Below the pieces are notes generated by a model that worked only from the letters and a program-made list of their open reading frames with translations, made no database searches and had not been told where the DNA came from. Positions 19,436 through 28,796 of a stretch of DNA of 64,000 nt are shown here, in pieces (within the stretch, counting starts at the first letter, position 1; each line of letters starts with the position of its first letter). Source of the DNA: an uncultured Desulfobacteraceae bacterium. Its GTDB lineage: Bacteria; Desulfobacterota; DSM-4660; Desulfatiglandales; B25-G16. The stretch spans positions 7,437 through 71,436 of the forward strand of contig CAZSWT010000002.1 in assembly GCA_964611035.1 (NCBI GenBank), in the 5' to 3' direction. The position numbers and the translations under genes are program-made.

Positions 19436-20038
19436 TCAAAAGGTGTGGCTGGAGCTGAAAAAGGGGTTTGTAAGGCGCTCTCTGCCAACTGTGGTTGCCG
19501 GGCCATGTCCTGGATATACTCGCACATCATCTCCTAAGGGGAAGATCTTTGTTACAACCCCATCTATCAATTTGTTATGATCTCCTCCAGGGAAATCGGT
19601 TCTTCCTATAGAACCTGCAAAAAGGGTATCACCAGTAAAGATAGCGCCAGGAGAATGGAAGCTCACTCCCCCGGGAGAGTGGCCAGGAGTATGAATCACT
19701 GAGATACTATAAGTGCCGAAGTGTAGTTCCTGGCCATCATAGAGATATCCATCTGGTTTAAAATGTAGGCCTGGAGTATCAAGGTTGTGAATGAATAGGG
19801 GAGCCTTGGTTATTTGTTTTAGTTCACCAGTACCCCCAATATGATCAATGTGACCATGGGTAATAAGTATATAGAGAATCTTCAGAGCATTCCCTGAGAT
19901 TTCTTTTACAATACGTAATACTTCATCTCCAGGGTCAATTACCACTCCCTCTTTTGTTTCTTTGCAACCTAAAATATAACAATTGGCCTGATAAGGGCCA
20001 ACAACTAATTTTCTAAGCATGGTGCATAGCTCCATCAT
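19436..20038 (-). CDS. MBL-fold hydrolase (glyoxalase II-like)
   Basis: ITHGHIDHIGG and HTPGHSPGG motifs. Confidence 0.75.
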   Translation of the reverse strand: MMELCTMLRKLVVGPYQANCYILGCKETKEGVVIDPGDEVLRIVKEISGNALKILYILITHGHIDHIGGTGELKQITKAPLFIHNLDTPGLHFKPDGYLYDGQELHFGTYSISVIHTPGHSPGGVSFHSPGAIFTGDTLFAGSIGRTDFPGGDHNKLIDGVVTKIFPLGDDVRVYPGHGPATTVGRERLTNPFFSSSHTF

Positions 20039-20284
20039 ATTGTACTATGTCTGCCGTTTTTTATGGATATTACAGCAGGCCATATTTCATCACTTCTTAA
20101 TTGTAAAAATAAGGTAGAATTTTATATTGTCAAGCTATCCCCTTTGCTGAGTAAGAAAGAAATTGATATAGAAGATGAGAGTATGCAATAGTAGTTAGCT
20201 GATTGTAAGAATACTCATATAGTGTGAATAAATGTCATAGGAGAGTGTAAGATTGGTGTTACCCAAAGAAAAAAAAGAGAATTT

Positions 20285-20407
20285 ATGGATACAATTAAAA
20301 TAATGCCCTGTCTTGATATGAAAGAGGGGAGGGTGGTCAGAGGTGAAGGATTATTTAAGGGAAAAGGGATTAAGCGTGAATTAATAATCTTACATAGAAA
20401 GAACTGA
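20285..20407 (+). pseudogene. 40-codon ORF resembling the N-terminus of HisF (probable gene remnant or leader peptide)
   Basis: MDTIKIMPCLDMKEGRVVRGEGLF resembles the HisF N-terminus RIIPCLDV(K/R)DGxVVKGVxF. It ends in TGATG, overlapping the next start codon. Confidence 0.35.
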
Positions 20408-21483
20408 TGACACGCAAAGAATATTTGATGGAACAAAAGGAGGAAAAGGGACGAAAACTTTTTGGGATTTTCCCTGCCTACTACCCCAAAGAGATCCTCT
20501 GGGCTATGAACGTGCTGCCAGTGGAGATCTGGGATCCGCCACTCGAGGTTAGCCATGCGAACGCTCACCTGCAGCCCTATATTTGCTCGGTAGTTAAACT
20601 GGGATTAGAGCTTATACTGCAGGGCAAGTGCAAGGACATAGATGGCTTTTTGTTCCCTCACACCTGTGACTCTATCCAGAATCTGGCCTCTATTGTCTCT
20701 GATTACCTGAACCTTGATAAGCCCTGCTATTTTTTTTACCATCCCAAGGCTCCGTACAGTGCTGCATCCAGGCGCTACTATCTGGAGGAGCTTAAGGGCC
20801 TGGTGTTAAGGCTGGAAACACAACTTGGGGCCCTTGATTTCTCTGAACTGAAACAGCAGGTAAAAAAGGGGCATAATGTGGCCGCATTGCTCAAAGAACT
20901 GTATAGGCTCAGGGCCTGTAGTGAACTTACCGCCTCTAATACCGATTTTTACCAGATAATCCGAAGGGGTGAATACCTGCATCCTGATGATTTCCTGCCC
21001 CTGCTTGAGGAATTCCTTTCCATCTCAAGGGGCCACAGTCGCAAGGGTCCATCAGTAATTCTGAGCGGTATTCTGCCAAATCCCCCTGAGGTCCTCAAAA
21101 TCCTGGACAAAATGGGGGTGAGGGTTGCTGACGACGATCTTTTGAATTGTGGCAGACGGCTTTTGGCACCTGAGAGTAGAAACGAAGATCCCTTTGAAGC
21201 TATGGCCGAGGATTATTTTGGTATGCCCCCGTGCACAACCAAAAACTCGTCTCTGAAAGCACGTGCGGATTATCTTTTTAAAAAAATTGAGCGTAGCAAA
21301 GCCAAAGCGGTAATCTTTTATATGGTAAAATTCTGTGAGACTGAGCTATTTGATGTGCCACATCTTGTAGAAGAGCTGAAAAATAGGGGGCTGGCTACTC
21401 TCCTTATAGACTCCGAGGTAAACCAGGGTCTCAGCGGTCAGTTAGAAACCCGTGTTGAGGCCTTTGTAGAAATGATCAGTTAG
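20407..21483 (+). CDS. 2-hydroxyacyl-CoA dehydratase / BcrB-BadE family subunit
   Basis: LFGIFPAYYPKEILWAMNVLPVEIW...HLQPYICSV...FPHTCDSIQN matches the HGD-D family pattern. Confidence 0.7.
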   Translation: MTRKEYLMEQKEEKGRKLFGIFPAYYPKEILWAMNVLPVEIWDPPLEVSHANAHLQPYICSVVKLGLELILQGKCKDIDGFLFPHTCDSIQNLASIVSDYLNLDKPCYFFYHPKAPYSAASRRYYLEELKGLVLRLETQLGALDFSELKQQVKKGHNVAALLKELYRLRACSELTASNTDFYQIIRRGEYLHPDDFLPLLEEFLSISRGHSRKGPSVILSGILPNPPEVLKILDKMGVRVADDDLLNCGRRLLAPESRNEDPFEAMAEDYFGMPPCTTKNSSLKARADYLFKKIERSKAKAVIFYMVKFCETELFDVPHLVEELKNRGLATLLIDSEVNQGLSGQLETRVEAFVEMIS

Positions 21484-21492
21484 AGGATTTTT

Positions 21493-22806
21493 ATGTCATT
21501 GCTTAAGAATGTACGTTACCATTTCATGAAGGACCTTGGTGCCCCAGCACTCATGCGTTTTTCTCGGTTAAAGAAGAAAAAGCGCCCAACAAATCCCAAC
21601 CCCAATTTTGGGCCATCACTGAAGAGCGCCAATCGTTTAAAGGAGATTATGGCCAGACATTACTTCCTGTCACGCTACGCTGAGGGAGCGAAACCTGTGG
21701 CCTGGGTAACCAGTGGTGCACCTGTTGAGCTGCTGAGGGCTTTTGATTTCTACACATTCTATCCAGAAAACCACGGAGCTCTCTGTGGGGCGAAAAAGAT
21801 GGGGCCGGAACTGTGCGCCATAGCAGAGGAACATGGCTATCACCAAGACCTGTGCTCATATGCACGCATAGACTTAGGGCACTATTTCTCTGGCATAACC
21901 CCGGTCGGTAAATTACCAAAGCCGGACCTTTTGTTCGCCTCCAACAATATTTGTCAGACAGTAGTCTACTGGTATAAGGCTTTGGCCCATTACTGGAAGG
22001 TGCCACTTGTTCTCTTTGATACGCCGTATAACTTTTCAACTATAACAGAACATGATATCTCTTACATGGTCCGTCAGTTCGAAGAGATGATTCCATTATT
22101 AGAGCAGGTCTCCGGGCAGCGTTTCAACTATAAGAAGTTTCAGGAAATTATTCGTATTGCAAAGGAAGGCTCTCTCACCTGGGGTGAGGTTTTGGCTACC
22201 ATGAAGTCCCAACCAGCGCCAATGACAATCTTTGATGCATTTGGACATCTTGCCCCCATTGTTTCGCTGCGCGGGCTGCCTGTGACCCTGGAATATTATC
22301 GCATCCTTTTAGATGAGCTGAAGGAGCGAATTGAGCATGGCGTGGGGGCTATCAAACATGAGCGCAAGAGGCTCATGTGGGACAACATCGCTATCTGGTA
22401 TAAAGTACGAGATCTCTCCGATATCTTTGCCGCTCACGGTATGAACTTTGTTACTGCCACTTATACAAACGCATGGGCGGAGACTATTTACGATTTAGAT
22501 GTGAACCAACCATTCGAGTCCATGGCCAAGGCCTATAGCCTTGTAATACTAAATAATAACCTTACTAATCGGTTAGAGCTTATGGAACGACTTATTAAGG
22601 AGTATCGAGTTGACGGCCTCGTGATCCACTCGGCGAGAAGTTGTAAGCCTTATTCGGTTGGTCAGTATGATCTTGCCCGCCTTTTGATGGACAGGTTTAA
22701 CATTCCCTCTGTGGTCATAGAGGCAGACATCACTGATTCCAGGGTGTACTTCGAGGAACAGACACGCACCCGGATTGAGGCTTTTTTTGAGGCTATGGAG
22801 ATTTAG
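21493..22806 (+). CDS. 2-hydroxyacyl-CoA dehydratase / BcrC-BadD family subunit
   Basis: KPVAWVTSGAPVELLRAFDFYTFYPENHGA...DLCSYARIDLG...HSARSCKPYS matches the HGD-D family pattern. Adjacent to its partner subunit. Confidence 0.7.
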   Translation: MSLLKNVRYHFMKDLGAPALMRFSRLKKKKRPTNPNPNFGPSLKSANRLKEIMARHYFLSRYAEGAKPVAWVTSGAPVELLRAFDFYTFYPENHGALCGAKKMGPELCAIAEEHGYHQDLCSYARIDLGHYFSGITPVGKLPKPDLLFASNNICQTVVYWYKALAHYWKVPLVLFDTPYNFSTITEHDISYMVRQFEEMIPLLEQVSGQRFNYKKFQEIIRIAKEGSLTWGEVLATMKSQPAPMTIFDAFGHLAPIVSLRGLPVTLEYYRILLDELKERIEHGVGAIKHERKRLMWDNIAIWYKVRDLSDIFAAHGMNFVTATYTNAWAETIYDLDVNQPFESMAKAYSLVILNNNLTNRLELMERLIKEYRVDGLVIHSARSCKPYSVGQYDLARLLMDRFNIPSVVIEADITDSRVYFEEQTRTRIEAFFEAMEI

Positions 22807-23078
22807 AAGGCCGAATCTGAGCTATTTCACTGTCATAGAAGTAAGACTTCGATTAGAAAATAGGATTATCGTAAAAGAAGTATATGTGTGCCCGCATCAT
22901 TGCCAAACTTTGGCGTTCTTGTCTTGACATCCTCTCCTAATAGTCTTATCTTTTCTAATTAAATTCCTGTTTTACATATAAGGTAGTAGGTGAAAAATAA
23001 CCATTGTCGAATATACTACTTTATTAAAATGAGAGTGAGGCATTAACGGAATAGTAACAATGAAAGGAGAATATAAGC

Positions 23079-23561
23079 ATGAAAATTGCACTCGCTACAG
23101 ATGATAATATGGGGTTAGATGCAGTCCTAAGTCACCATTTTGGTAGGTGCCCCTATTATATAGTGGTGGACGTTGATGACAAGAAAATCAAGGATGTCAA
23201 GGCAGTAAAAAACCCCTTCTATGAAAGCCATGGCCAAACTGGTGAGGTGCCTAATTTTATACATAGCTTAGGAGCTGATGTAATCATCGCTGGTGGCATG
23301 GGGCCAAAAGCTATCGGCTTTTTTCAACAACTCGGCATTCAAGCACTTACAGGTGCTTCCGGCATAGTGGGGGACGTAACAAAGTCTTACATACATGGAC
23401 AGATTGAGGGAGCGGTTCCATGCAGTGATCACGATTCCTCACACTCTATCGAGACCCATGAACATGATGAGGCAGAACGATTGGAAGAAGAGATGGTTGC
23501 CTTAAGAAGAGACTTAGCAAAAGCTCAACAAATCCTAAAAAAGTTAGAGGAAAAAAAGTGA
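23079..23561 (+). CDS. NifB/NifX-family (dinitrogenase FeMo-cofactor-binding domain) protein with coiled-coil tail
   Basis: MKIALATDD...SHHFGRCPYYIVVDV...GADVIIAGGMGPKA. Confidence 0.7.
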   Translation: MKIALATDDNMGLDAVLSHHFGRCPYYIVVDVDDKKIKDVKAVKNPFYESHGQTGEVPNFIHSLGADVIIAGGMGPKAIGFFQQLGIQALTGASGIVGDVTKSYIHGQIEGAVPCSDHDSSHSIETHEHDEAERLEEEMVALRRDLAKAQQILKKLEEKK

Positions 23562-23588
23562 AAAAGGAGAGGTAAACAAGGGGGTAAA

Positions 23589-25031
23589 ATGATAATGAAA
23601 AATCAGCGTTTTCAACTAAGCAGAAAGATTTTTCTGTGCTTGGTTGTTGTCTTTTTTTCAGCCTTCTGGCTTAGCCAGAATGTCGTGGCAAAAAATGGCA
23701 TCCCAGATAGTTTTGCTGAGTTGGCAGCTAAACAGGCCCATGTGGCTGTGAATATTTCTACGACAAAAACAATTAAGGCAATAAGAAGATTTTCTCCCTT
23801 TCAGAGCAGGGAGTTTAAGGATTTTTTCGGGGATGAGTTTTTCCGTCACTTCTTTGGCCAAACACCTGAACAGGAGATGAAACAGAGAAGCCTCGGTTCA
23901 GGTGTTGTTGTGAGTGGAGACGGCTACATCTTGACCAATAACCATGTAGTCGCGGATGCAGACGAAATCCTGGTCACGCTTTCTGATAAGAAGAAATATG
24001 AGGCACAGATTATTGGCAGAGATCCCAAAAGTGATCTTGCCCTGATAAAGATCAAGACAGAAAACACTATCCCAGCTGCCAGACTCGGAGATTCAGATAA
24101 GCTGATGGTAGGTGATTGGGTTGTGGCTATAGGAAATCCTTTTGGTCTCGGAAGTACTGTAACCGCAGGCATTGTAAGCGCAAAGGGACGGGTAATAGGT
24201 GCAGGACCATATGATAATTTTATTCAAACAGATGCCTCAATAAACCCAGGAAATTCAGGTGGACCTCTCTTCAATCTTGATGGAGAGGTTATCGGTATAA
24301 ATACAGCAATAGTTGCCCCAAGTGGAGGAAATGTAGGTATCGGTTTTGCTATACCGATTAACATGGCGAAATCCGTTATGCCCCAGTTGAAAGAGAGAGG
24401 AAAGGTTATAAGGGGTTGGCTCGGTGTTAGCATTCAAGTAGTTACACAAGAGATTAAGGAAAAATTCGGCCTTAAAACGGAAGAGGGGGCTCTCATAGGG
24501 GAGGTCACTAAGGACAGTCCTGCTGATAAGGGAGGCCTCAAGAGGGGAGATGTAATAATCAGCTTTGACGGCAAAAAGGTCAAGGCGATGAAAACCCTCC
24601 CATCTATGGTTGCAGAAACACCAGTAGGCAAAGAGGTAGAGATACTCATAATCAGAAAGGGGAAAGAAAAAAGGCTAACAGTCAAGATAGGGGAGTTAAA
24701 AGAGGAAACCAAAACAGCTGTTGCTATCACTCCTGAGATCGAGAAGGCTTTTGGATTATCTGTTCAAGAACTTACACCTGAACTTGCGGAAAGCTTGTCT
24801 TTAAAGGGTGAGAACGGAGTAGTTATATCAGGTATAAACAAAGGCAGTCCAGCTTCTGATGCAGGATTGCAAAGAGGTGATCTGATTCAAGAGATAGAAC
24901 ATGAGCCGATAGAAAACTTAAGTGATTATAAAAGGATAATGAAGGAGTCGTCATCAAAAAAACAGATCCTCATTGTGATAAAACATAGAGGTCATTCAAG
25001 ATATGTGGTACTAAAAAAAGGTAAGAAGTAA
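23589..25031 (+). CDS. degP: periplasmic serine endoprotease DegP/HtrA (two PDZ domains)
   Basis: Signal peptide, TNNHVV (His), DLALIK (Asp) and [14 protein letters not shown] (Ser), followed by two PDZ-like segments. Confidence 0.9.
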   Translation: MIMKNQRFQLSRKIFLCLVVVFFSAFWLSQNVVAKNGIPDSFAELAAKQAHVAVNISTTKTIKAIRRFSPFQSREFKDFFGDEFFRHFFGQTPEQEMKQRSLGSGVVVSGDGYILTNNHVVADADEILVTLSDKKKYEAQIIGRDPKSDLALIKIKTENTIPAARLGDSDKLMVGDWVVAIGNPFGLGSTVTAGIVSAKGRVIGAGPYDNFIQTDASINPGNSGGPLFNLDGEVIGINTAIVAPSGGNVGIGFAIPINMAKSVMPQLKERGKVIRGWLGVSIQVVTQEIKEKFGLKTEEGALIGEVTKDSPADKGGLKRGDVIISFDGKKVKAMKTLPSMVAETPVGKEVEILIIRKGKEKRLTVKIGELKEETKTAVAITPEIEKAFGLSVQELTPELAESLSLKGENGVVISGINKGSPASDAGLQRGDLIQEIEHEPIENLSDYKRIMKESSSKKQILIVIKHRGHSRYVVLKKGKK

Positions 25032-25077
25032 CATTTTTTTATCATTTTATTGACTTTGTATGTAGATAGCAGTCCAT

Positions 25078-25116
25078 ATACTATCAGAAAAGGCATAATG
25101 CCTTTTCTGATAGTAT
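25078..25116. terminator. 39-nt near-perfect palindrome downstream of degP (terminator or protein-binding site)
   Basis: ATACTATCAGAAAAGGCAT-A-ATGCCTTTTCTGATAGTAT, with 19-nt arms. No clean U-tract follows. Confidence 0.4.
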
Positions 25117-25286
25117 TATATGATTAAAAAAATTCTATTGTCTAATTATCATTATTTGATATATACACCCAGTCAGGTTTCTTTTCTTTTTTTTCAAAAA
25201 AATTAATATTCTTTATCCACATCAGGCCCATGTATTGTGGACCTGAATCGATTACTAACATTCCCAATAATTTATAACTATATGAA

Positions 25287-27359
25287 ATGAACAACAGTTT
25301 TTTTTCAAAAATTCAATATAGTATAAACAATGCTATACTTTCCTTCACCCGTCGTGAACATTTTTTTATGATCGTGATGGGCGGAATTGCGGGTGCCGTG
25401 GGAGGATATGGAGCTGTTGGTTTTCGAAAGCTAATTGCAATAGCTGCCCAATTAGGGTGGGGTAACGCAACAGGGATGGAGGGAAAAGATCTATTAAGCA
25501 TGGCCCTTGCAGCGCCATTTTGGATAAAGCTCTTAATTCCAGCAATAGGGGGCCTTCTGGTAGGAATTATCGTCTATTTTTTTGCACCTGAGGCAAAAGG
25601 GCATGGTGTGCCAGAAGTGATGGAGGCTGTTGCCCTAAAAAATGGTAGAATGAGAACTCGTGTAGTCTTTGCCAAGGCCTTTGCATCTGCTATTTGTATC
25701 GGTTCTGGTGGCTCGGTAGGCCGTGAAGGTCCTATAGTACAAATTGGTTCCGCAATTTCTTCAGCTATTGGAAGATTGTTTAAAATATCTGGGGGCCGAC
25801 TTCGAATTTTGGTAGCTTGTGGTGCAGCAGCAGGTATTGCAGCTACCTTTAATGCCCCCATGGCCGGTGCCCTCTTTTCTTTAGAAATTATACTGAGTGA
25901 ATTAGCTGCATTACAGTTTATACCTATAGTAGTTTCCTCAGTTATTGCTACTGCCTTATCCAGGCACTACCTGGGAAACTTTCCTGCCTTTGAGGTCCCT
26001 CCCTATGATCTTTTGCATTATAGTGAATTATTGCTCTATTTAGTACTGGGAGTCTTAGCTGGGGTCGTTGCCTATATCTTTATCCGTCTCCTTTACGGTA
26101 TGGAAGATTTTTTTGAAAAATGGAAACTGCCGGAATTAATTAAGCCTGCTATCGGTGGAACTATTATCGGATGCATTGGGATTTTTTTCCCTAATGTCCT
26201 TGGTGTAGGATATGAATCAATTACCCAAATCTTACATGGTGAACTGTTTGGGATTATGCTTTTCGGGCTCCTGATTGCCAAAATATTAGCTACAAGCATA
26301 ACCATTGGCTCAGGTAGTTCAGGGGGTATATTTGCACCCTCGCTGTTTATGGGGGCAGCATTAGGGGGTGTCTTTGGACAGGTTGTTCATACTCTTTTCC
26401 CTTACACGACCGCATTACCTGGTGCATATGCCTTAGTGGGCATGGGTGCAGTTGTTGCCGGCACTACCAGAGCCCCTATTACCGCCATGATTATTATCTT
26501 TGAGATGACATCCAATTATCTCATAATACTGCCTTTAATGTTTGCATGTACTATGGGATTAGTGATCTCAGCACAGCTTTCAAGAGAGTCAATTTATACC
26601 CTTAAATTAGTCCGAAGGGGAGTAAATATCTATGGCGGAAAGGAACTCAATGTACTTAAGCGTCTCAAGGTTGCTCAGGTGATGATTCCTGACATTGAGC
26701 TGGTATCTCCGTCGACATCCTTGGCCGAACTTGCTACGAGGATGATGGCAAGTTCCCATACCCACTTTTTTGTAGTTAAAAATGATAACCGAATACAGGG
26801 TCATATCTCACTTGAAAATTTGCGACCTATTCTAAAAGATTATGAGACTGTTCATGACGTTGTAATTGCCTCAGATCTCATGGACCAAGAAGTGACAGTG
26901 GTGAATACTAAAGAATCCCTTGATATGGTTATGCAGCTCTTTGGAAAATTTGAGCTTGATCAAATCCCTGTAGTAGATAAAGGGCAGTTGGTTGGCACGA
27001 TACGTAGAGGTGATGTCATAGAGGCTTACAACAGGGAAATCTTTAAATTAGATATGGCCTCTGGCTTGGCAACGTCTTTTCGCCTCCAACAAAAGATACA
27101 CTCGCAGAGGTTGGCGTTAGTGGGAGGGTTCCTGGTATCGGAAATCACTGCTCCCAGTATTTTTATAGGAAAGAGCTTAAGTGAGTTAAAGCTTCGGCAG
27201 CGTTATAGGGCCACAATCTTAACAATCAAAAGGCAGCCGGAAGAGGGAAGCAATAAGGTTTCATATATGCTCCCCACACCTTCTACTATAATAAAAGAGG
27301 GAGATAGCCTTATAATTTTTGGCTTGAAGGAAGATTTTTCCCGTTTTCCACATGATTGA
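25287..27359 (+). CDS. ClC-family chloride channel/antiporter with CBS pair and TrkA-C-like tail
   Basis: GSGGSVGREGP, GAAAGIAATFNAPMAG and GGIFAPSLF motifs. The C-terminal cytosolic region carries CBS-like repeats. Confidence 0.85.
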   Translation: MNNSFFSKIQYSINNAILSFTRREHFFMIVMGGIAGAVGGYGAVGFRKLIAIAAQLGWGNATGMEGKDLLSMALAAPFWIKLLIPAIGGLLVGIIVYFFAPEAKGHGVPEVMEAVALKNGRMRTRVVFAKAFASAICIGSGGSVGREGPIVQIGSAISSAIGRLFKISGGRLRILVACGAAAGIAATFNAPMAGALFSLEIILSELAALQFIPIVVSSVIATALSRHYLGNFPAFEVPPYDLLHYSELLLYLVLGVLAGVVAYIFIRLLYGMEDFFEKWKLPELIKPAIGGTIIGCIGIFFPNVLGVGYESITQILHGELFGIMLFGLLIAKILATSITIGSGSSGGIFAPSLFMGAALGGVFGQVVHTLFPYTTALPGAYALVGMGAVVAGTTRAPITAMIIIFEMTSNYLIILPLMFACTMGLVISAQLSRESIYTLKLVRRGVNIYGGKELNVLKRLKVAQVMIPDIELVSPSTSLAELATRMMASSHTHFFVVKNDNRIQGHISLENLRPILKDYETVHDVVIASDLMDQEVTVVNTKESLDMVMQLFGKFELDQIPVVDKGQLVGTIRRGDVIEAYNREIFKLDMASGLATSFRLQQKIHSQRLALVGGFLVSEITAPSIFIGKSLSELKLRQRYRATILTIKRQPEEGSNKVSYMLPTPSTIIKEGDSLIIFGLKEDFSRFPHD

Positions 27360-27472
27360 TAGCCCTTGCCTTACGATTGCTTTACGCACATGAAGGAACA
27401 TCCAAGAATAAAGATACTGTTTTCTAAAAATAATATAAACGCAGGATGTCAAAAAAATGTCAAAAAAATGGG

Positions 27473-27501
27473 TTGACAATCTTGAGCGACAGGGATAGAA
27501 A
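27473..27501 (+). promoter_or_regulatory. possible sigma70 promoter of the rpsF operon
   Basis: TTGACA 27473-27478, a 17-nt spacer, and TAGAAA. An A-rich direct repeat ATGTCAAAAAA x2 lies upstream. Confidence 0.3.
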
Positions 27502-27549
27502 TGGATACAAATTTCAACATATAAATAGAGAAAGAAGGTATCCTATTCA

Positions 27550-27924
27550 ATGAATCATTACGAAACAATTTATATTGTAAACCCCACTTTGGACGATGAC
27601 TCTTTAAAAGAGGCAATTGATAAATTTTCGGATCTCATCAAAAAGCTAAAAGGCTCTATTGTAAAGGTTAATGAGTGGGGAAAAAGAAAATTAGCCTACG
27701 ACGTTAAGCGATTTGACAAAGGCGCCTATGTAGTATTAGATTTTTGCGCTCTTCCTAAAATGGTAACAGAGTTAGAGAGGAATCTGAAATTAGATGATCG
27801 AATCTTAAAATATATTACCGTAAAGATTGATGAAAATATTGATCCGAAGGATTTAGTAAGTAAGGAGAAGGAAATACAAGATACAATAGAAAAAAGCCAC
27901 AATGAACATGTTGAGGAAAAATAA
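27550..27924 (+). CDS. rpsF: 30S ribosomal protein S6
   Basis: [12 protein letters not shown]...EWGKRKLAY. Confidence 0.9.
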   Translation: MNHYETIYIVNPTLDDDSLKEAIDKFSDLIKKLKGSIVKVNEWGKRKLAYDVKRFDKGAYVVLDFCALPKMVTELERNLKLDDRILKYITVKIDENIDPKDLVSKEKEIQDTIEKSHNEHVEEK

Positions 27925-28205
27925 TGGCCTATAATGATACCTATAATTATCAAAGAAAAAGAGTTTTTATTAAGCACAAGATCTGTCGCTTTTGTGCTGA
28001 TTCAAGCCTAAAGATCGACTACAAAGATTCAAAGAATCTTGCAGCTTTTACTACCGAAAGAGGTAAGATCATACCTCGAAGAATTTCTGGAAACTGCGCT
28101 AAGCATCAAAGGATACTGGCGTTAGCTATAAAAAGAGCGAGAAATATTGCTCTGTTACCTTTTACTACTGCAAAAATAAAGACGAAGGAATATAGGGAAC
28201 TGTAA
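27924..28205 (+). CDS. rpsR: 30S ribosomal protein S18
   Basis: CRFCAD...IDYKD...[15 protein letters not shown]. The start overlaps the rpsF stop (TAATG). Confidence 0.9.
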   Translation: MAYNDTYNYQRKRVFIKHKICRFCADSSLKIDYKDSKNLAAFTTERGKIIPRRISGNCAKHQRILALAIKRARNIALLPFTTAKIKTKEYREL

Positions 28206-28336
28206 GATTTAGCTTTGAGGTATATAGAATTATTTTTTAGTTCCCCAAGCCCTTGTTATTCTTTATTCACCTTTCTTTACGGAAATTGTAGTTCCTTACC
28301 TTAATATTTACAAAAAAATTAGAATGGGAAAAAGGC

Positions 28337-28792
28337 ATGAAAATTATTTTATTACAAAATTTTGAATCTCTTGGTTTTGAAGGCGATATCGTAGATGTCG
28401 CTAAGGGGTATGCAAGAAATTATCTCATTCCAAAAGGTACAGCCATTGAGTCCAGTAATGCGAATTTAAAGGCCTTGGAGATGAGAAAAGGTAAAATAAC
28501 AGCTCGACATATGAAGGATAAAGAGGAATCCGAAAGAGCCGCGGAAAAAATCTCTCAAATAACCGTAACAATGATACGTAAGGCTGGTGAAGAGGGCAAA
28601 CTTTACGGTTCTGTCACAAGCAGAGATATTGCTCAAGAGCTCGAAAGGGAAGGTATTATTGTAGATAGAAGAAAAATTGTTACGGATGAGGCAATTAGAA
28701 CTCTTGGGGAGTTTGAAGTTGCTATTAAACTCCACCCGGAGGTTATGGCTAAAATAAAAGTCATTGTTGAGAAAGAGGAAGAAAAGGCGTAA
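28337..28792 (+). CDS. rplI: 50S ribosomal protein L9
   Basis: MKIILLQNFESLGFEGDIVDVAKGYARNYLIPKG. Confidence 0.9.
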   Translation: MKIILLQNFESLGFEGDIVDVAKGYARNYLIPKGTAIESSNANLKALEMRKGKITARHMKDKEESERAAEKISQITVTMIRKAGEEGKLYGSVTSRDIAQELEREGIIVDRRKIVTDEAIRTLGEFEVAIKLHPEVMAKIKVIVEKEEEKA

Positions 28793-28796
28793 TCTG

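Noticed and set aside
15651-22806. Visibly GC-richer block (ltaE, asd, sirtuin, MBL hydrolase, dehydratase genes) as a horizontally acquired island
   Set aside because: The GC-rich parts coincide with individual conserved enzyme genes, and the spacers between them are AT-rich and repeat-filled like the rest of the window. I cannot compute skew or codon statistics here, and there are no integrase or tRNA-flank signatures.
27924-28336. Absence of ssb between rpsF and rpsR, and a 131-nt gap before rplI
   Set aside because: rpsF-rpsR-rplI without ssb is a common arrangement in many lineages. Nothing structured is seen in the gap.
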